A DNA stretch of 64,000 bases from Alphaproteobacteria bacterium (GCA_017642585.1 JAGCOR010000005.1:47529-111528), one strand, 5' to 3'; positions 1 to 11,402 are shown, counted from the stretch's first letter. Numbers and translations are program-made. The notes: generated by a model from the sequence alone, not told the origin.

Positions 1-973
1 GCGCATTATAAATATTGGAAAAGCCGGCAAAAATCGGCATAGACACAGACACACCGAATTTTCCACTGATATGTCCTGACATATCTTTGAATAAACCACC
101 GACTGTTTTTTCATTTAATGTCGCAGTCCCGTTTATCGAAAAAGAAGGTAAATTTTTCAAAAACATACTGTTTCTTCTGTGCCATGCAACACTGGTTTGT
201 GCATTTGCTTTTAATAAATCTGGTCTTTGTTTTTTTGCAATAGAAATCAGTTTATCTAAATCTTCGGCTTCTGCATCACCACCAAAACTGGACGGCATAT
301 CTTTGATTTTTATATCTTGGCTGGCGGGGAAAGATAAAATATTTAACAGGGTTCCTTTGGTAATTTCCCGGTTATTTTTAGATTGTTCCAATGATAATTG
401 AAAACTGGCCAATGTTGTATCCGCTTTATATACATCTGCTTTGGCAACTATGCCTGATTTATATTTTTTATCTGCGATATTTTTTGCGGTTTGTGCAACG
501 GTCAGTGCAGATTCTGCGGACCTAACATCTGCGTCTGCATTCAGCAACGCGTAATAAGCACCTATGATTGAATAAATAAAATTTTGAATTGTTTCATCAT
601 AATCAAAACCTGCTGCACGATATGTCGCTAAAGATTGTGCAAAATCAGATTCTCTTTTTCCAAAATCAAATATTAAATATGAAGCAGACAAGGATGCGGT
701 ATAATCCCAATCATCATGTATGGTATGTGAACGCTCTGCATTACCAGATGCAGAAACACTTGGTAAATAATATGAATATGTTGAATTTTTTGTGAACCTT
801 GCTGATTGTAATGCCATATATGCTGCCGCAGTTTGTGGATTACGACACAGTCCTATATTTATAACCTCTGGCAATGACATTTCTTGATCCGGGATATAAC
901 GCATGGTCGCACAATTTTCTTGTGCCACCGCGGACATCGAAAAAAACACGAAAAGGCCGGTAAAATATCTCAT
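1..973 (-). CDS. TolC-family outer membrane efflux protein (partial, runs off window start)
   Basis: Not in the ORF track. ATG at 973 preceded by AAGGGGG. Translation MRYFTGLFVFFSMSAVAQENC...MSLPEVINIGLCRNPQTAAA...YYLPSVSASG has a signal peptide and OEP/TolC-like helical repeats. Confidence 0.75.
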   Translation of the reverse strand, partial: MRYFTGLFVFFSMSAVAQENCATMRYIPDQEMSLPEVINIGLCRNPQTAAAYMALQSARFTKNSTYSYYLPSVSASGNAERSHTIHDDWDYTASLSASYLIFDFGKRESDFAQSLATYRAAGFDYDETIQNFIYSIIGAYYALLNADADVRSAESALTVAQTAKNIADKKYKSGIVAKADVYKADTTLASFQLSLEQSKNNREITKGTLLNILSFPASQDIKIKDMPSSFGGDAEAEDLDKLISIAKKQRPDLLKANAQTSVAWHRRNSMFLKNLPSFSINGTATLNEKTVGGLFKDMSGHISGKFGVSVSMPIFAGFSNIYNA

Positions 974-1117
974 ATATCCCCCTTGTTTGTATATAAAGAT
1001 ATCTTTTTAAACGCTCAAAAAACAGGGGAATGAATTCTTGGGTTTTATGATTTTTTTATTTATTGAATTTTTATGTTGAAATGTGTTTATTTTTTGCCTA
1101 ATATGCTGTTACGCGAA

Positions 1118-1191
1118 GGCCAGGTGGCAGAGTGGTTATGCAGAGGACTGCAAATCCTTGGATGCCGGTTCGATTCCGACCCTGGCCTCCA
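1118..1191 (+). tRNA. tRNA-Cys(GCA)
   Basis: GGCCAGG/CCTGGCC acceptor stem, anticodon arm GAGGA-CTGCAAA-TCCTT, GGTTCGATTCC T-arm, U73, encoded CCA. Confidence 0.97.
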
Positions 1192-1200
1192 AATTTAGAA

Positions 1201-2289
1201 ATGATAAAACAAATCACTATTACCAATTTTCGAAATCACAAATCTTCCAGAATAAATATTCAAGATTATAAAAATGTCATTATCACGGGATTAAACGGTG
1301 CCGGGAAAACCGCTATATTAGAGGCAATTTCTTTATTATCAGGCGAACGTGGTTTACGTGGTGTGGAAACCCAGGTTATGGCACGATTTGATGGTGATGG
1401 TGGTTTTTCTGTATTCGCAACAACAATTGATGAATCTGATATTTGCGTGTTTTTAAATCCAGGCGAAACAAACAAACGCATTAAAATAGATAATGAAAAT
1501 TCCAGCTCGGCTGAATTGGCAAAAAGATTACGCATAGTTTGGTTGACCCCACGTGAAGACAGAATTTTTACAGAATCTGTTTCGGACAGACGCGCATTTT
1601 TTGATCATCTGGTTGCCAGTTTTGAACCGTCGCACCTGGGTCGTATTACCCGTTTAAATAAATTATTATCGGAAAGAGCCGGTATTTTGAAATCTGGCGG
1701 GGATAAAAATTGGTTGGATATATTGGATAAACAAATTGCATCTACCGCTATTGCGATTGGCGCGGGCCGAATCAGATATGCCGCGGAAATCAACTATTTC
1801 TTTGAAACTGGCGCGGTTTCTGTTGATGGTCAAATTGAAAAATTACTATTGGAAAACACATTGACCAATGCTGAAAATATTTATTTTGAATATTTAACAA
1901 AAAATCGCGAATTGACCGGGGATAAGATGGTAATTGATGGTGCCCATAAATCAGATTTTGGTGTATTTAATAAATTATTAAATCTGCCCGCGAATATAAC
2001 GTCAACCGGTCAACAAAAATCTATTTTGATTGATTTGATTTTGGCACATGCAAAATTGATTCACATAAAAACCAACCAAAAACCTTTGATTTTGTTGGAC
2101 GAAGCGGCGGCACATTTAGACAATATGGCACGTGAAAAACTATTCGCTGAATTGAATAAATCAGATGCCCAGGTTTGGGCAACAGGTCTGGACGAATCTG
2201 TATTTAAAAATATACCGAATGCTGTATTTGTCACTTGCCAAAATGGCGAAATAAGTAATATAGTTACAACGGAGAAACAAGATGCATAA
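1201..2289 (+). CDS. recF: DNA replication/repair protein RecF
   Basis: MIKQITITNFRNH, Walker A GLNGAGKTAILEAI, STGQQK signature, ILLDEAAAHLD. Start moved to ATG 1201 because the longer ORF overlaps tRNA-Cys. Confidence 0.93.
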   Translation: MIKQITITNFRNHKSSRINIQDYKNVIITGLNGAGKTAILEAISLLSGERGLRGVETQVMARFDGDGGFSVFATTIDESDICVFLNPGETNKRIKIDNENSSSAELAKRLRIVWLTPREDRIFTESVSDRRAFFDHLVASFEPSHLGRITRLNKLLSERAGILKSGGDKNWLDILDKQIASTAIAIGAGRIRYAAEINYFFETGAVSVDGQIEKLLLENTLTNAENIYFEYLTKNRELTGDKMVIDGAHKSDFGVFNKLLNLPANITSTGQQKSILIDLILAHAKLIHIKTNQKPLILLDEAAAHLDNMAREKLFAELNKSDAQVWATGLDESVFKNIPNAVFVTCQNGEISNIVTTEKQDA

Positions 2290-2752
2290 AATAGATTATC
2301 AACAATTATTAGATAACGCATTAAAATCTGTTGTCAAAGAAGCCCTGATTTACGCACAATTCAACGGACTGGGCGATGATGCGGGTTTTTTCATAACATT
2401 TAAAACACGCGATCCAGGTGTTGTGTTGCCTGACTTTTTGAAAATCAGATATCCTGATGTTATGACAATTGTTTTACAATATTCTTATAATAACTTAAAT
2501 GTGTCAGACAAAGAATTTGGTGTTCAATTAACATTTGATGGACGTCCATTTTTTATACGCGTTCCATTTTCTGCTTTGGTTGAATTCAAAGATCCGTCCA
2601 CAGAATTTATGTTATCTTTCCATCCCAAACAACAATCATCTGCCAATATGGACAAAGATATCGAATTACCATTGGAAGAAAAACCCGGATCGGTTCCAGA
2701 TGATAAACGTGTTGTTTCTTTGGATGAATTTAGAAAGAAAAGAAATTTATAA
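2282..2752 (+). CDS. sspB: ClpXP adaptor SspB, alphaproteobacterial type
   Basis: IDYQQL...FFITFKT..PGV..P..L..RYPD.MTIVLQ, F.DPS.EF.L.F and C-terminal VVSLDEFRKK motif. Confidence 0.88.
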   Translation: MHKIDYQQLLDNALKSVVKEALIYAQFNGLGDDAGFFITFKTRDPGVVLPDFLKIRYPDVMTIVLQYSYNNLNVSDKEFGVQLTFDGRPFFIRVPFSALVEFKDPSTEFMLSFHPKQQSSANMDKDIELPLEEKPGSVPDDKRVVSLDEFRKKRNL

Positions 2753-2761
2753 AAATTTAAG

Positions 2762-2790
2762 AAAATACCGGCAAATGCCGGTATTTTTTT
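2762..2790. terminator. Bidirectional intrinsic terminator between convergent sspB and accC
   Basis: AAAATACCGGCA-AA-TGCCGGTATTTT inverted repeat with A and T tails. Confidence 0.8.
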
Positions 2791-4162
2791 ATTCTTCTGT
2801 TTTAACTTCTGCCTGCTTTTTTTCAGCCAGATAATGTTCCAACCAATGATTGTCGGTTTTTAACTGTCGAACATCAGAGTTATTTAACAATTCTTTCTGC
2901 AAAGGTATTGTTGTTTTAATACCTTCGATTGTGAATTCATCCAACGCACGTTCTGCACGCATTATACATGCAGGTCTGGATTGTGCATGAACGACCAATT
3001 TCGCAATCATAGAATCATAGGTGGATGGAATTGTATATCCAGTATATGCCGCAGAATCAACACGAACGCCCAAACCACCAGATGGTGCATATAATGTTAT
3101 CAATCCAGGATTTGGAACAAATGTTTCAGGATCTTCCGCATTAATACGGAATTCAATCGCATGTCCATGGGCAATTAAATTAGATTGTGTATAACCCAAT
3201 TTTTCACCCGCAGCAATTCTGATTTGTTCACGCACCAAATCAACACCATATACCATTTCGGTTACAGGATGTTCCACCTGTAATCTGGTATTCATTTCCA
3301 GAAAATAGAATTTTCCATCTTCGAACATAAATTCAAATGTACCCGCATTTGAATATTTCATTTTCTTGGCCGCGTTCTTACAGATTTCAATCATATCATC
3401 ACGCTGTTTTTGTGTTAATATGGCGGCAGGGCATTCTTCCATGACCTTTTGATTTTTGCGTTGCAGGGAACAATCGCGTTCACCAAAAATTACAACATTA
3501 CCATGTTTGTCGCCCAATACTTGAAATTCAATATGACGCGGATGTAATAACAATTTTTCCATATACAAAGTGTCATCACCAAACGCAGTTTTAGATTCCG
3601 CTTTGACCAATGGGAATGCTTCGCGTAATTCGTTTGCATTATTCACAGCGCGCATACCACGACCACCACCACCTGCGGCGGCTTTAATCATGACCGGGTA
3701 TCCAATTTTATCGGCCCAAACAAGAGCGTCATCTAAATTTTTGATTGCGCCGTCTGACCCTGGAACAACCGGCAAACCACATTTAATAGCGGTTTGTTTT
3801 GCGTTAACTTTGTCGCCCATTTTGCGAATCATATTTGCATCAGGCCCAATCCAAATCAGACCATGTTGTTCAACTTTGTCTACAAAATCGGCACGTTCTG
3901 ATAAAAATCCATAACCAGGATGTATCGCATCTGCATTTGTTAACAGGGCAGCAGTTAAAATTGCCGATTCGTTCAAATAAGATTCAGAAGATTGTGCAGG
4001 CCCAATACACACAGATTCATCCGCCAATTTAACATGCATAGCGTTTTTATCTGCAGTAGAATAAACCGCAACAGTTCTGATTCCCATATCGCGACATGCA
4101 CGAATAATTCGCAGTGCAATTTCACCACGATTCGCGATTAAAACTTTTTTAATTTGAGGCAT
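2789..4162 (-). CDS. accC: Acetyl-CoA carboxylase biotin carboxylase subunit
   Basis: [58 protein letters not shown]. Confidence 0.97.
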   Translation of the reverse strand: MPQIKKVLIANRGEIALRIIRACRDMGIRTVAVYSTADKNAMHVKLADESVCIGPAQSSESYLNESAILTAALLTNADAIHPGYGFLSERADFVDKVEQHGLIWIGPDANMIRKMGDKVNAKQTAIKCGLPVVPGSDGAIKNLDDALVWADKIGYPVMIKAAAGGGGRGMRAVNNANELREAFPLVKAESKTAFGDDTLYMEKLLLHPRHIEFQVLGDKHGNVVIFGERDCSLQRKNQKVMEECPAAILTQKQRDDMIEICKNAAKKMKYSNAGTFEFMFEDGKFYFLEMNTRLQVEHPVTEMVYGVDLVREQIRIAAGEKLGYTQSNLIAHGHAIEFRINAEDPETFVPNPGLITLYAPSGGLGVRVDSAAYTGYTIPSTYDSMIAKLVVHAQSRPACIMRAERALDEFTIEGIKTTIPLQKELLNNSDVRQLKTDNHWLEHYLAEKKQAEVKTEE

Positions 4163-4172
4163 GATAAAAAAC

Positions 4173-4604
4173 CTATTCGATTACAATGATTGGTGTATCA
4201 AATTCCACAGCAGCGCCGTCTGTGACCAAAATTTCTTTCACAACACCATCAATATCCGTCTTTATTGGATTAAATGTTTTCATTGCTTCAACCAACGCAA
4301 CAGTATCACCCGCATGCACCGTATCACCGATTTCTACAAAATGTTTTGCACCTGGTTCTGGGGACAAATAAACAACCCCAACCATTGGAGATTTCAAAGC
4401 ATGTCCAGTAACAGCACATTCTTCGTTTGCTTTATTTGGTTGTGCAACAAAACCGACAGGGGCAGCAACCGCCTGTTGTTTTGATAAATGAATATGTTTA
4501 CGGTATAAACCTAAAAACAGTTGACGTTCTAAATCAAGTTCTGTTATGCCCATTTCATCCATTAATTTGGACATATTTTCAACTGTTGAACGAAAAGATG
4601 TCAT
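4173..4604 (-). CDS. accB: Biotin carboxyl carrier protein
   Basis: KSPMVG and biotinylation motif EAMKTFN; directly upstream of accC. Confidence 0.95.
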   Translation of the reverse strand: MTSFRSTVENMSKLMDEMGITELDLERQLFLGLYRKHIHLSKQQAVAAPVGFVAQPNKANEECAVTGHALKSPMVGVVYLSPEPGAKHFVEIGDTVHAGDTVALVEAMKTFNPIKTDIDGVVKEILVTDGAAVEFDTPIIVIE

Positions 4605-4662
4605 AATTATAAATCCTTTTTATAAACCTTATGTATAAATTTTATCACAATGTTTTATTATG

Positions 4663-4899
4663 TCAAGGTACAGGATCATATCCGCATCCCCCACCAGGTC
4701 TGCATCGTGATATTCGTTTTATTCCCATCCAAATCCCGTGAATTAAACCATATTTGTCGATTGCTTGGCGTGTATATTCACTGCAAGTTGGAACAAATCT
4801 GCATGCGCAACGCCCACCAATAAAGGGCGATATACAGATTTGATACAGACGCACAAAACCACATCCAAATTTGGTAAAAATGTTATTTTTATTCGGCAT
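4663..4899 (-). CDS. yidD: Membrane protein insertion efficiency factor YidD
   Basis: YQICISP...CRFVPTCSEY...AI.KYG...RISRCRPGGGCGYDPVP; start at ATG 4899 overlaps the rnpA end. Confidence 0.92.
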   Translation of the reverse strand: MPNKNNIFTKFGCGFVRLYQICISPFIGGRCACRFVPTCSEYTRQAIDKYGLIHGIWMGIKRISRCRPGGGCGYDPVP

Positions 4900-5239
4900 T
4901 TGTTTGGGATAATTGAATAATTTTATCAAATGCTTTCTTGGTTTCACGACGGCCATCTTCACGATTTGTTTCTAAAACACGGGCTTTTGCGATAAAAACA
5001 TAATCAAATTCAGGCATCATAAAATCTTCATTGAAAGCAATCCAATCACGCAATAAACGTTTGGCGCGGTTTCTGTGTACCGCCAATTTAAACACCTTCT
5101 TGGATGCGATAATTCCATATCGCGGATCACTTTTTATTTTTACAGGTTTAACCTTTAAAACAAAAGAGGGCAGTGCCACTTTCAATACATCTTGTGGCGT
5201 TATAAAATCCCTGTGATTGCGTATTGTATGACGTTTCAT
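4889..5239 (-). CDS. rnpA: Ribonuclease P protein component
   Basis: RYGIIASKKVFKLAVHRNRAKRLLR (RNR motif), DYVFIAK; upstream of yidD. Confidence 0.92.
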   Translation of the reverse strand: MKRHTIRNHRDFITPQDVLKVALPSFVLKVKPVKIKSDPRYGIIASKKVFKLAVHRNRAKRLLRDWIAFNEDFMMPEFDYVFIAKARVLETNREDGRRETKKAFDKIIQLSQTNAE

Positions 5240-5360
5240 AATGCCTTATAATACCAGAATATAAATATTTTCAAATAAAAAAGAAAAAAGAGTCCCCAAC
5301 ACTTGATTTTTAAAATGCCTGTTTTATAATGCAAAAAAAACGAAACCAAGGGAAGTATAA

Positions 5361-6410
<1,050 letters not shown>

Positions 6411-6424
6411 TTCAAAAATATTCG

Positions 6425-6453
6425 AAAACACCGGTAAATGCCGGTGTTTTTTT
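6425..6453 (+). terminator. Intrinsic terminator after mreB
   Basis: AAAACACCGG...CCGGTGTTTTTTT hairpin plus T-run. Confidence 0.8.
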
Positions 6454-6545
6454 ATATAAAAATTTATATAACCACAGGAATTTACACAAAATATCGTGTT
6501 TTTATTTGCAAATCTGATTTTTGTTGTTATAATCTGTGTTGTTTT

Positions 6546-6622
6546 GGGTGGTTAGCTCAGTTGGTTAGAGCGTTACGTTGACATCGTAAAGGTCGTTGGT
6601 TCGAGTCCAATACCACCCACCA
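6546..6622 (+). tRNA. tRNA-Val(GAC)
   Basis: GGGTGGT/ACCACCC acceptor, TTACG-TTGACAT-CGTAA anticodon arm, GGTTCGAGTCC, CCA end; TTGCAA-16-TATAAT promoter upstream. Confidence 0.97.
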
Positions 6623-6631
6623 GGATAAAAA

Positions 6632-6708
6632 ATGAAACGAATGCAAATTTAATTTTATAAATAAATTCAAACGGGATTATTTGGACGCCCCGTTTGCGTC
6701 CATTTTTT
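6632..6708 (+). promoter_or_regulatory. Putative metG attenuator: leader peptide MKRMQI (6632-6652) with alternative terminator/antiterminator
   Basis: AGGA SD at 6622-6625. Terminator TGGACGC(6682-88)/GCGTCCA(6696-702) plus T6. CAAACGGG(6668-75) is complementary to CCCGTTTG(6689-96). Confidence 0.55.
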
Positions 6709-6729
6709 ATAAAAAAGGGTTAAAACACA

Positions 6730-8355
6730 ATGGCAAAAAAATATCTTATAACATCTGCATTACCATATATAAATGGGGAATTACATATCGGTCATTTGGT
6801 TGGCTGTTGGTTGCCAAGTGATGTCTATGCCAGATTTTGTCGGGCACAAGGACGTGATGTTTTATACATTGGCGGGGCCGATGAACACGGAACGCCTGCT
6901 ATGGTTGGTGCATGGAAAGAAAATATGCCTGTGTTAGAATATACAAATAAATATTATGAAAAGCATTTACGTGCTGTGTCCGATTTTAATTTATCCTTTG
7001 ATTTATACGGCCGCACACATACTGAATTACAAGAAAAATTGATTCATGATTTGTTTAAACGCCTGGAAGAACGCGGTTTAATTGAAGAACGTGAAACAGT
7101 TCAACCTTTCTCTGTCGATGACGATATGTTTTTAGCGGACAGACAGTTAGAGGGAACATGTCCAAAATGTGGTTATGAAAAAGCACGTGGCGATCAATGT
7201 GATAATTGCAGTGCCACATATGAAGCAGATGAATTAATAAACCCACGTTCTGCGATTTCAGGTTCAACAAATATTGAAATGCGTAAAACAAAAAATTTGT
7301 TTTTCATGGCATCTAAAATTGAAGGCGATTGGCGCAAATGGTTGTTGCAACACGCGCCAAAATGGTCAAAAACAGCCTCCGCTATCGCTATGGGTTGGGC
7401 AAACGAAGGCCTGCACGATACCAGTATTACCCGCGATTTGAAATGGGGTATTCCTGTGAATAAACCGGGATATGAAAACAAAGTTTTCTATGTTTGGTTT
7501 GATGCACCATGGGGTTATGTTTCTATATCCCAGGCCGCAACAAAAGATTGGGAATCTTGGTGGAAAAATCCAGATTGTTTCTATGCACAATTTATGGGCA
7601 AAGACAATGTAAAATTCCATTCGGTCTTTTTCCCAGAACAACAACTGGCCATGAATGATAATTGGAAAACTGTCGATTTATTAAAGGCGGTTAATTTCTT
7701 GAATTTTGAAGGTGGCAAAGTTGCAAAATCAACTGGTAACGGAATCTTTTTGGACAATGCATTAAATATTGCACCATCTGATTGTTGGCGTTATGCATTG
7801 ATGGCATCTGCACCTGAAACAGACGATACAGATTTCACAATGGCGCGCTTTGTTGATATCGTGAACAAAGATTTAAATGGTTTGTTGGGTAATTTTGTTT
7901 CACGTGTTTGCAAACTAAGTGCAAAGAATTTTGGTGAAATTGTACCAAACGGAACTGAAATTGATTCTGAATTGGCAAATAAAATAAACGAAAAAATCGA
8001 AGAATTAACAAATGCTATGGAAAAATGCGAATTCAGAAAATCTATCGTTGCGTTACGTGAAATTTATGGTTTGGCAAATGAATATATGACAATCAAAGAA
8101 CCATGGGCTTTGGTGAAAAATGGTGATTTGAACGGTGCTGGCGCTGTGTTAAATGAATGTTTTCAATTAATTGATTTGTTTGCACGTGTATCTTCACCTT
8201 TTATCCCAGATGCTGTCGCAAAGATTCAAAATATATTTGCAAATGAACATGATTTATCATGGCCAACAAAATATGAACACAGAATTTCAAATGGCGAAGG
8301 ATTTACCGTTCCTGAAAATCTGTTTAACAGACTTGAATTATCACAAGACGAATAA
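6730..8355 (+). CDS. metG: Methionyl-tRNA synthetase (no C-terminal dimerisation domain)
   Basis: LITSALPYING.LHIGH, GADEHGTP, Zn knuckle CPKC..CDNC, YVWFDA, KVAKS (KMSKS variant). Confidence 0.96.
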   Translation: MAKKYLITSALPYINGELHIGHLVGCWLPSDVYARFCRAQGRDVLYIGGADEHGTPAMVGAWKENMPVLEYTNKYYEKHLRAVSDFNLSFDLYGRTHTELQEKLIHDLFKRLEERGLIEERETVQPFSVDDDMFLADRQLEGTCPKCGYEKARGDQCDNCSATYEADELINPRSAISGSTNIEMRKTKNLFFMASKIEGDWRKWLLQHAPKWSKTASAIAMGWANEGLHDTSITRDLKWGIPVNKPGYENKVFYVWFDAPWGYVSISQAATKDWESWWKNPDCFYAQFMGKDNVKFHSVFFPEQQLAMNDNWKTVDLLKAVNFLNFEGGKVAKSTGNGIFLDNALNIAPSDCWRYALMASAPETDDTDFTMARFVDIVNKDLNGLLGNFVSRVCKLSAKNFGEIVPNGTEIDSELANKINEKIEELTNAMEKCEFRKSIVALREIYGLANEYMTIKEPWALVKNGDLNGAGAVLNECFQLIDLFARVSSPFIPDAVAKIQNIFANEHDLSWPTKYEHRISNGEGFTVPENLFNRLELSQDE

Positions 8356-8412
8356 TTTCGGTGATATCCCAAAGGGAGATTTTGAGAATGTAAATAACAA
8401 AAAGGAAAAGTC

Positions 8413-8916
8413 ATGGCTTTCAAAGCAACCGTTTCTTTTGTATTTACACATATCAACCTTGGACCATTACCACCATTGAAAGATATTCATAATCTGGACC
8501 AATTTAAATCATTTATAAATTCTTGCAATATAACTTTGCCATACAAAGTGTCTGTGGTGCGTATGATAAATATAACAAATGAAAAAACCAACCAAATCAC
8601 ACAAATCAAAGATGATGAATTGGTTTTTTATGTTGCAGATAAAATATCATATCCCGCCCAGGTTCATACATATATGCAAAAATATTATGATTCTGAAAAG
8701 TATTTCTTTGCTCCTGTACCAGATGATGCCCCGGGTTTATTAGATGCGGTTGTTCCCGAAGGTGGCAGTGCTTGTGCAAAATGGCATATTTTGACCGATA
8801 CGGATATTGTTGTTGATAAAAACTTGCATCAAATTTGGCGAAATAAAACTGGTACTGTGCCACAAATTTTGATAGATTTCTTCAAAAGAACCAAAGAATA
8901 TATCCGCACAGAATAA
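8413..8916 (+). CDS. Hypothetical protein
   Basis: 167-aa ORF with AAGGA SD; no recognisable motif. Confidence 0.7.
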   Translation: MAFKATVSFVFTHINLGPLPPLKDIHNLDQFKSFINSCNITLPYKVSVVRMINITNEKTNQITQIKDDELVFYVADKISYPAQVHTYMQKYYDSEKYFFAPVPDDAPGLLDAVVPEGGSACAKWHILTDTDIVVDKNLHQIWRNKTGTVPQILIDFFKRTKEYIRTE

Positions 8917-8929
8917 AAAGGGTGAATAT

Positions 8930-9355
8930 ATGAAAAAGAAACACAACAGATTTGATACCGAATTCAGTGATTTTTATTTCACAGAATCTGATTTAAACGG
9001 CAAAGTTTTAAATACATTTAAACGCAAATATGCGGGCCGATTTGCTGACTATGCGAAATCTTTAAAAACACCATGTCATATTCATTCTGTGTATTCGCTG
9101 AATTTTGTTGATACATATCAAACAGATGCAAATGGTTTACACCCTATTGTTCATATTGTTCAAAGACCTATCGATTTTTATGTCGTCAGCAATGAAGAAG
9201 AATTAAATAAAGTTTTGGAACAAGTTCCAAATAAAAATATCAAAGTTGTGAACAAAAGATTACATCCTGTACACCCATACCAAGATGACAGCTTAGATGT
9301 ATCACTTTGGTGTTTTTTCAACAGGGCTGAAAATTTAAAAAAACATGTCAGATAA
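8930..9355 (+). CDS. Hypothetical protein
   Basis: 141-aa ORF with SD AAGGGTG; overlaps the queH start. Confidence 0.7.
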   Translation: MKKKHNRFDTEFSDFYFTESDLNGKVLNTFKRKYAGRFADYAKSLKTPCHIHSVYSLNFVDTYQTDANGLHPIVHIVQRPIDFYVVSNEEELNKVLEQVPNKNIKVVNKRLHPVHPYQDDSLDVSLWCFFNRAENLKKHVR

Positions 9356-9884
9356 AATAAAATTGATTTTAATGTCTTGTTGTGCACCGTGTTCTTGCGG
9401 TGCTATTAAGCAAATTGTAGACGGTGAAATTCCAGGTATAGATGATTTTATTGTTATGTTTTTTAACCCAAATATTTACCCATTGGTTGAATATCAAAAA
9501 AGATTAAATGAACAAATAAAATATTGTGAAAAGTTGGGTGTTAAATACGTGATTGGCGATTATGACCATGATAAATGGCGCGAACATATTGCAGGATTGG
9601 AAACCGAACCCGAACGTGGTGCACGTTGCAGTAAATGTTTTGCCTATCGTTTTTGTTTTGCGCGCGAATATGCCAAAGAACACGGCTTTAATGCGATTGC
9701 GTCAGTATTCGGTGTATCACGTCACAAAGATCAATCCCAGGTTGACGCATCAGCAAACCAATCATGCGGCGATATAAAATATTTGCCTATTAAATGGAAC
9801 GAAAATTTACGCCAACAAATAAATCGTGAATCTGAATTTTATCGTCAAAATTATTGCGGTTGCGAATTTTCTGTGCGTAAATAA
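9345..9884 (+). CDS. queH: Epoxyqueuosine reductase QueH
   Basis: SCCAPCS, FFNPNIYP, EPERGARCSKCF, YRQNYCGCEFS (DUF208 family). Confidence 0.92.
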   Translation: MSDKIKLILMSCCAPCSCGAIKQIVDGEIPGIDDFIVMFFNPNIYPLVEYQKRLNEQIKYCEKLGVKYVIGDYDHDKWREHIAGLETEPERGARCSKCFAYRFCFAREYAKEHGFNAIASVFGVSRHKDQSQVDASANQSCGDIKYLPIKWNENLRQQINRESEFYRQNYCGCEFSVRK

Positions 9885-9956
9885 AATCGCATATAATAAT
9901 TTGATTTTTGCTTTTTATCTTCTATAATTTCAAAGTAATAAAACAAAAGGACAATT

Positions 9957-10832
9957 ATGTCATCTATACTGGTTTTCCCAGGTCAGGGGTCCCAAACGGT
10001 CGGTATGGGACGTGAATTATACGAAAACAATCCGATTGCCCGTGCAGTATTTGACGAAGTTGATGAAGCTTTGGGTGAAAAATTATCAGATATTATTTTT
10101 AATGGCCCAATCGAAGAATTGACTTTGACCCGTAATGTGCAACCTGCAATTATGGCAACATCAATTGCTATGTTTCGTGCATCGAATATTAAATTAACAG
10201 AATTTGTCGCTGGACATTCATTGGGTGAATACACCGCATTATGTGCAGCGGGCGCTTTATCTTTGGCGGATACGGCAAAATTATTGCGTTTGCGTGGCGA
10301 AGCTATGCAAAGGGCGGTTCCTGTGGGTCGTGGTTTAACCGCTGTTATATTGGGTTTGGACATAGATGTTGTTCGTGATATTTGTGCAAAAACTGATGCA
10401 GATGTCGCAAATGATAATTCACCGGGCCAGGTTGTAATTTCAGGCGAAAAAGAAATTGTTGAAAAAACATTGGAATTGGCAAAAGAAGCGGGTGCAAAAC
10501 GCGCTATGCCACTGGCCTTATCTGTGCCTGTTCACTGCAGAATTCAACAACCTGCGGCGGATGAAATGCGCGCCGCATTGGAAAAAACCGAAATCAAAAC
10601 ACCAATTGCGCCATTGATTTCGAATAAAACATGTACACCTTTGTCGGATGTAAACGAAATTCGCGAAGCATTGGTTTATCAAATGACCCATGGTGTCCGT
10701 TGGCGTGAAAGTGTTTTAGAAATGGCAAAACTGGGCATCACAGAAACTATCGAAGTTGGCCCTGGCGCCGTATTAACAGGTTTAACAAAACGCATTTGTC
10801 CAGATATGATTGGCAATAAATTAGAGGTATAA
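9957..10832 (+). CDS. fabD: Malonyl-CoA:ACP transacylase
   Basis: FPGQGSQ, AGHSLGEY, ANDNSPGQVVISG, IEVGPG. Confidence 0.96.
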   Translation: MSSILVFPGQGSQTVGMGRELYENNPIARAVFDEVDEALGEKLSDIIFNGPIEELTLTRNVQPAIMATSIAMFRASNIKLTEFVAGHSLGEYTALCAAGALSLADTAKLLRLRGEAMQRAVPVGRGLTAVILGLDIDVVRDICAKTDADVANDNSPGQVVISGEKEIVEKTLELAKEAGAKRAMPLALSVPVHCRIQQPAADEMRAALEKTEIKTPIAPLISNKTCTPLSDVNEIREALVYQMTHGVRWRESVLEMAKLGITETIEVGPGAVLTGLTKRICPDMIGNKLEV

Positions 10833-10833
10833 C

Positions 10834-11037
10834 ATGCAAAATCTTATTTATAAAACAGGTAGGGGGACAGATATAACACAGGCGGCCAATGACGCGGTTT
10901 CTTTGGCAAAAAAACAACAAAAAAACATTCTGTTTATGTATAATAACGTCATGATGAACGTGGATAGATACTCAACAACCCGTGGTGTTATCAACAGATT
11001 CTTTTCCCAAACAATCAATGAAAGGGTGAAAATTTAA
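10834..11037 (+). CDS. Small hypothetical protein
   Basis: 67 aa, directly after the fabD stop with GAGG SD; similar to the C-terminal part of 11097-11375. Confidence 0.65.
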   Translation: MQNLIYKTGRGTDITQAANDAVSLAKKQQKNILFMYNNVMMNVDRYSTTRGVINRFFSQTINERVKI

Positions 11038-11096
11038 TATTGACAATATTTGTTTTTGTGCTATATTATAGGTACACAAAACAAAAGGTGGTTAAT

Positions 11097-11375
11097 ATGA
11101 AAACAAGAGATTTTGGTTTAATTGCTTACATTGAAGTTGTTAATGACAGCACCGATGAACTTATCGGGCATGCATGGGCAACTAAACGCAGAGCAAGATT
11201 TATTCCAAACGAAGGTGTCAGCATTGATCATGCGGCACATGCTGTGTTACACATAGTTCAAAAGTATAATGTTCCTGTGACTATGCGTTTTAATTCTGTC
11301 AAAGTTAAAGTACCAAATAACAAACAATTGACAGTTCAAAAAATCAAAGACCAATATTTTGATTTATCCAGATAA
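11097..11375 (+). CDS. Small hypothetical protein
   Basis: ATG 11097 with AAGGTGG SD and TTGACA...TATTAT promoter upstream; apparent paralog of 10834-11037. Confidence 0.65.
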   Translation: MKTRDFGLIAYIEVVNDSTDELIGHAWATKRRARFIPNEGVSIDHAAHAVLHIVQKYNVPVTMRFNSVKVKVPNNKQLTVQKIKDQYFDLSR

Positions 11376-11402
11376 ACCAAAGAAAACATGGGGGGATATA
11401 AA

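Noticed and set aside
15-795. Plus-strand ORFs 15-401 and 589-795
   Set aside because: They are antisense shadows of the TolC-family gene.
1132-1200. N-terminal extension of RecF in the ORF track
   Set aside because: It overlaps tRNA-Cys; the RecF-like sequence begins at ATG 1201.
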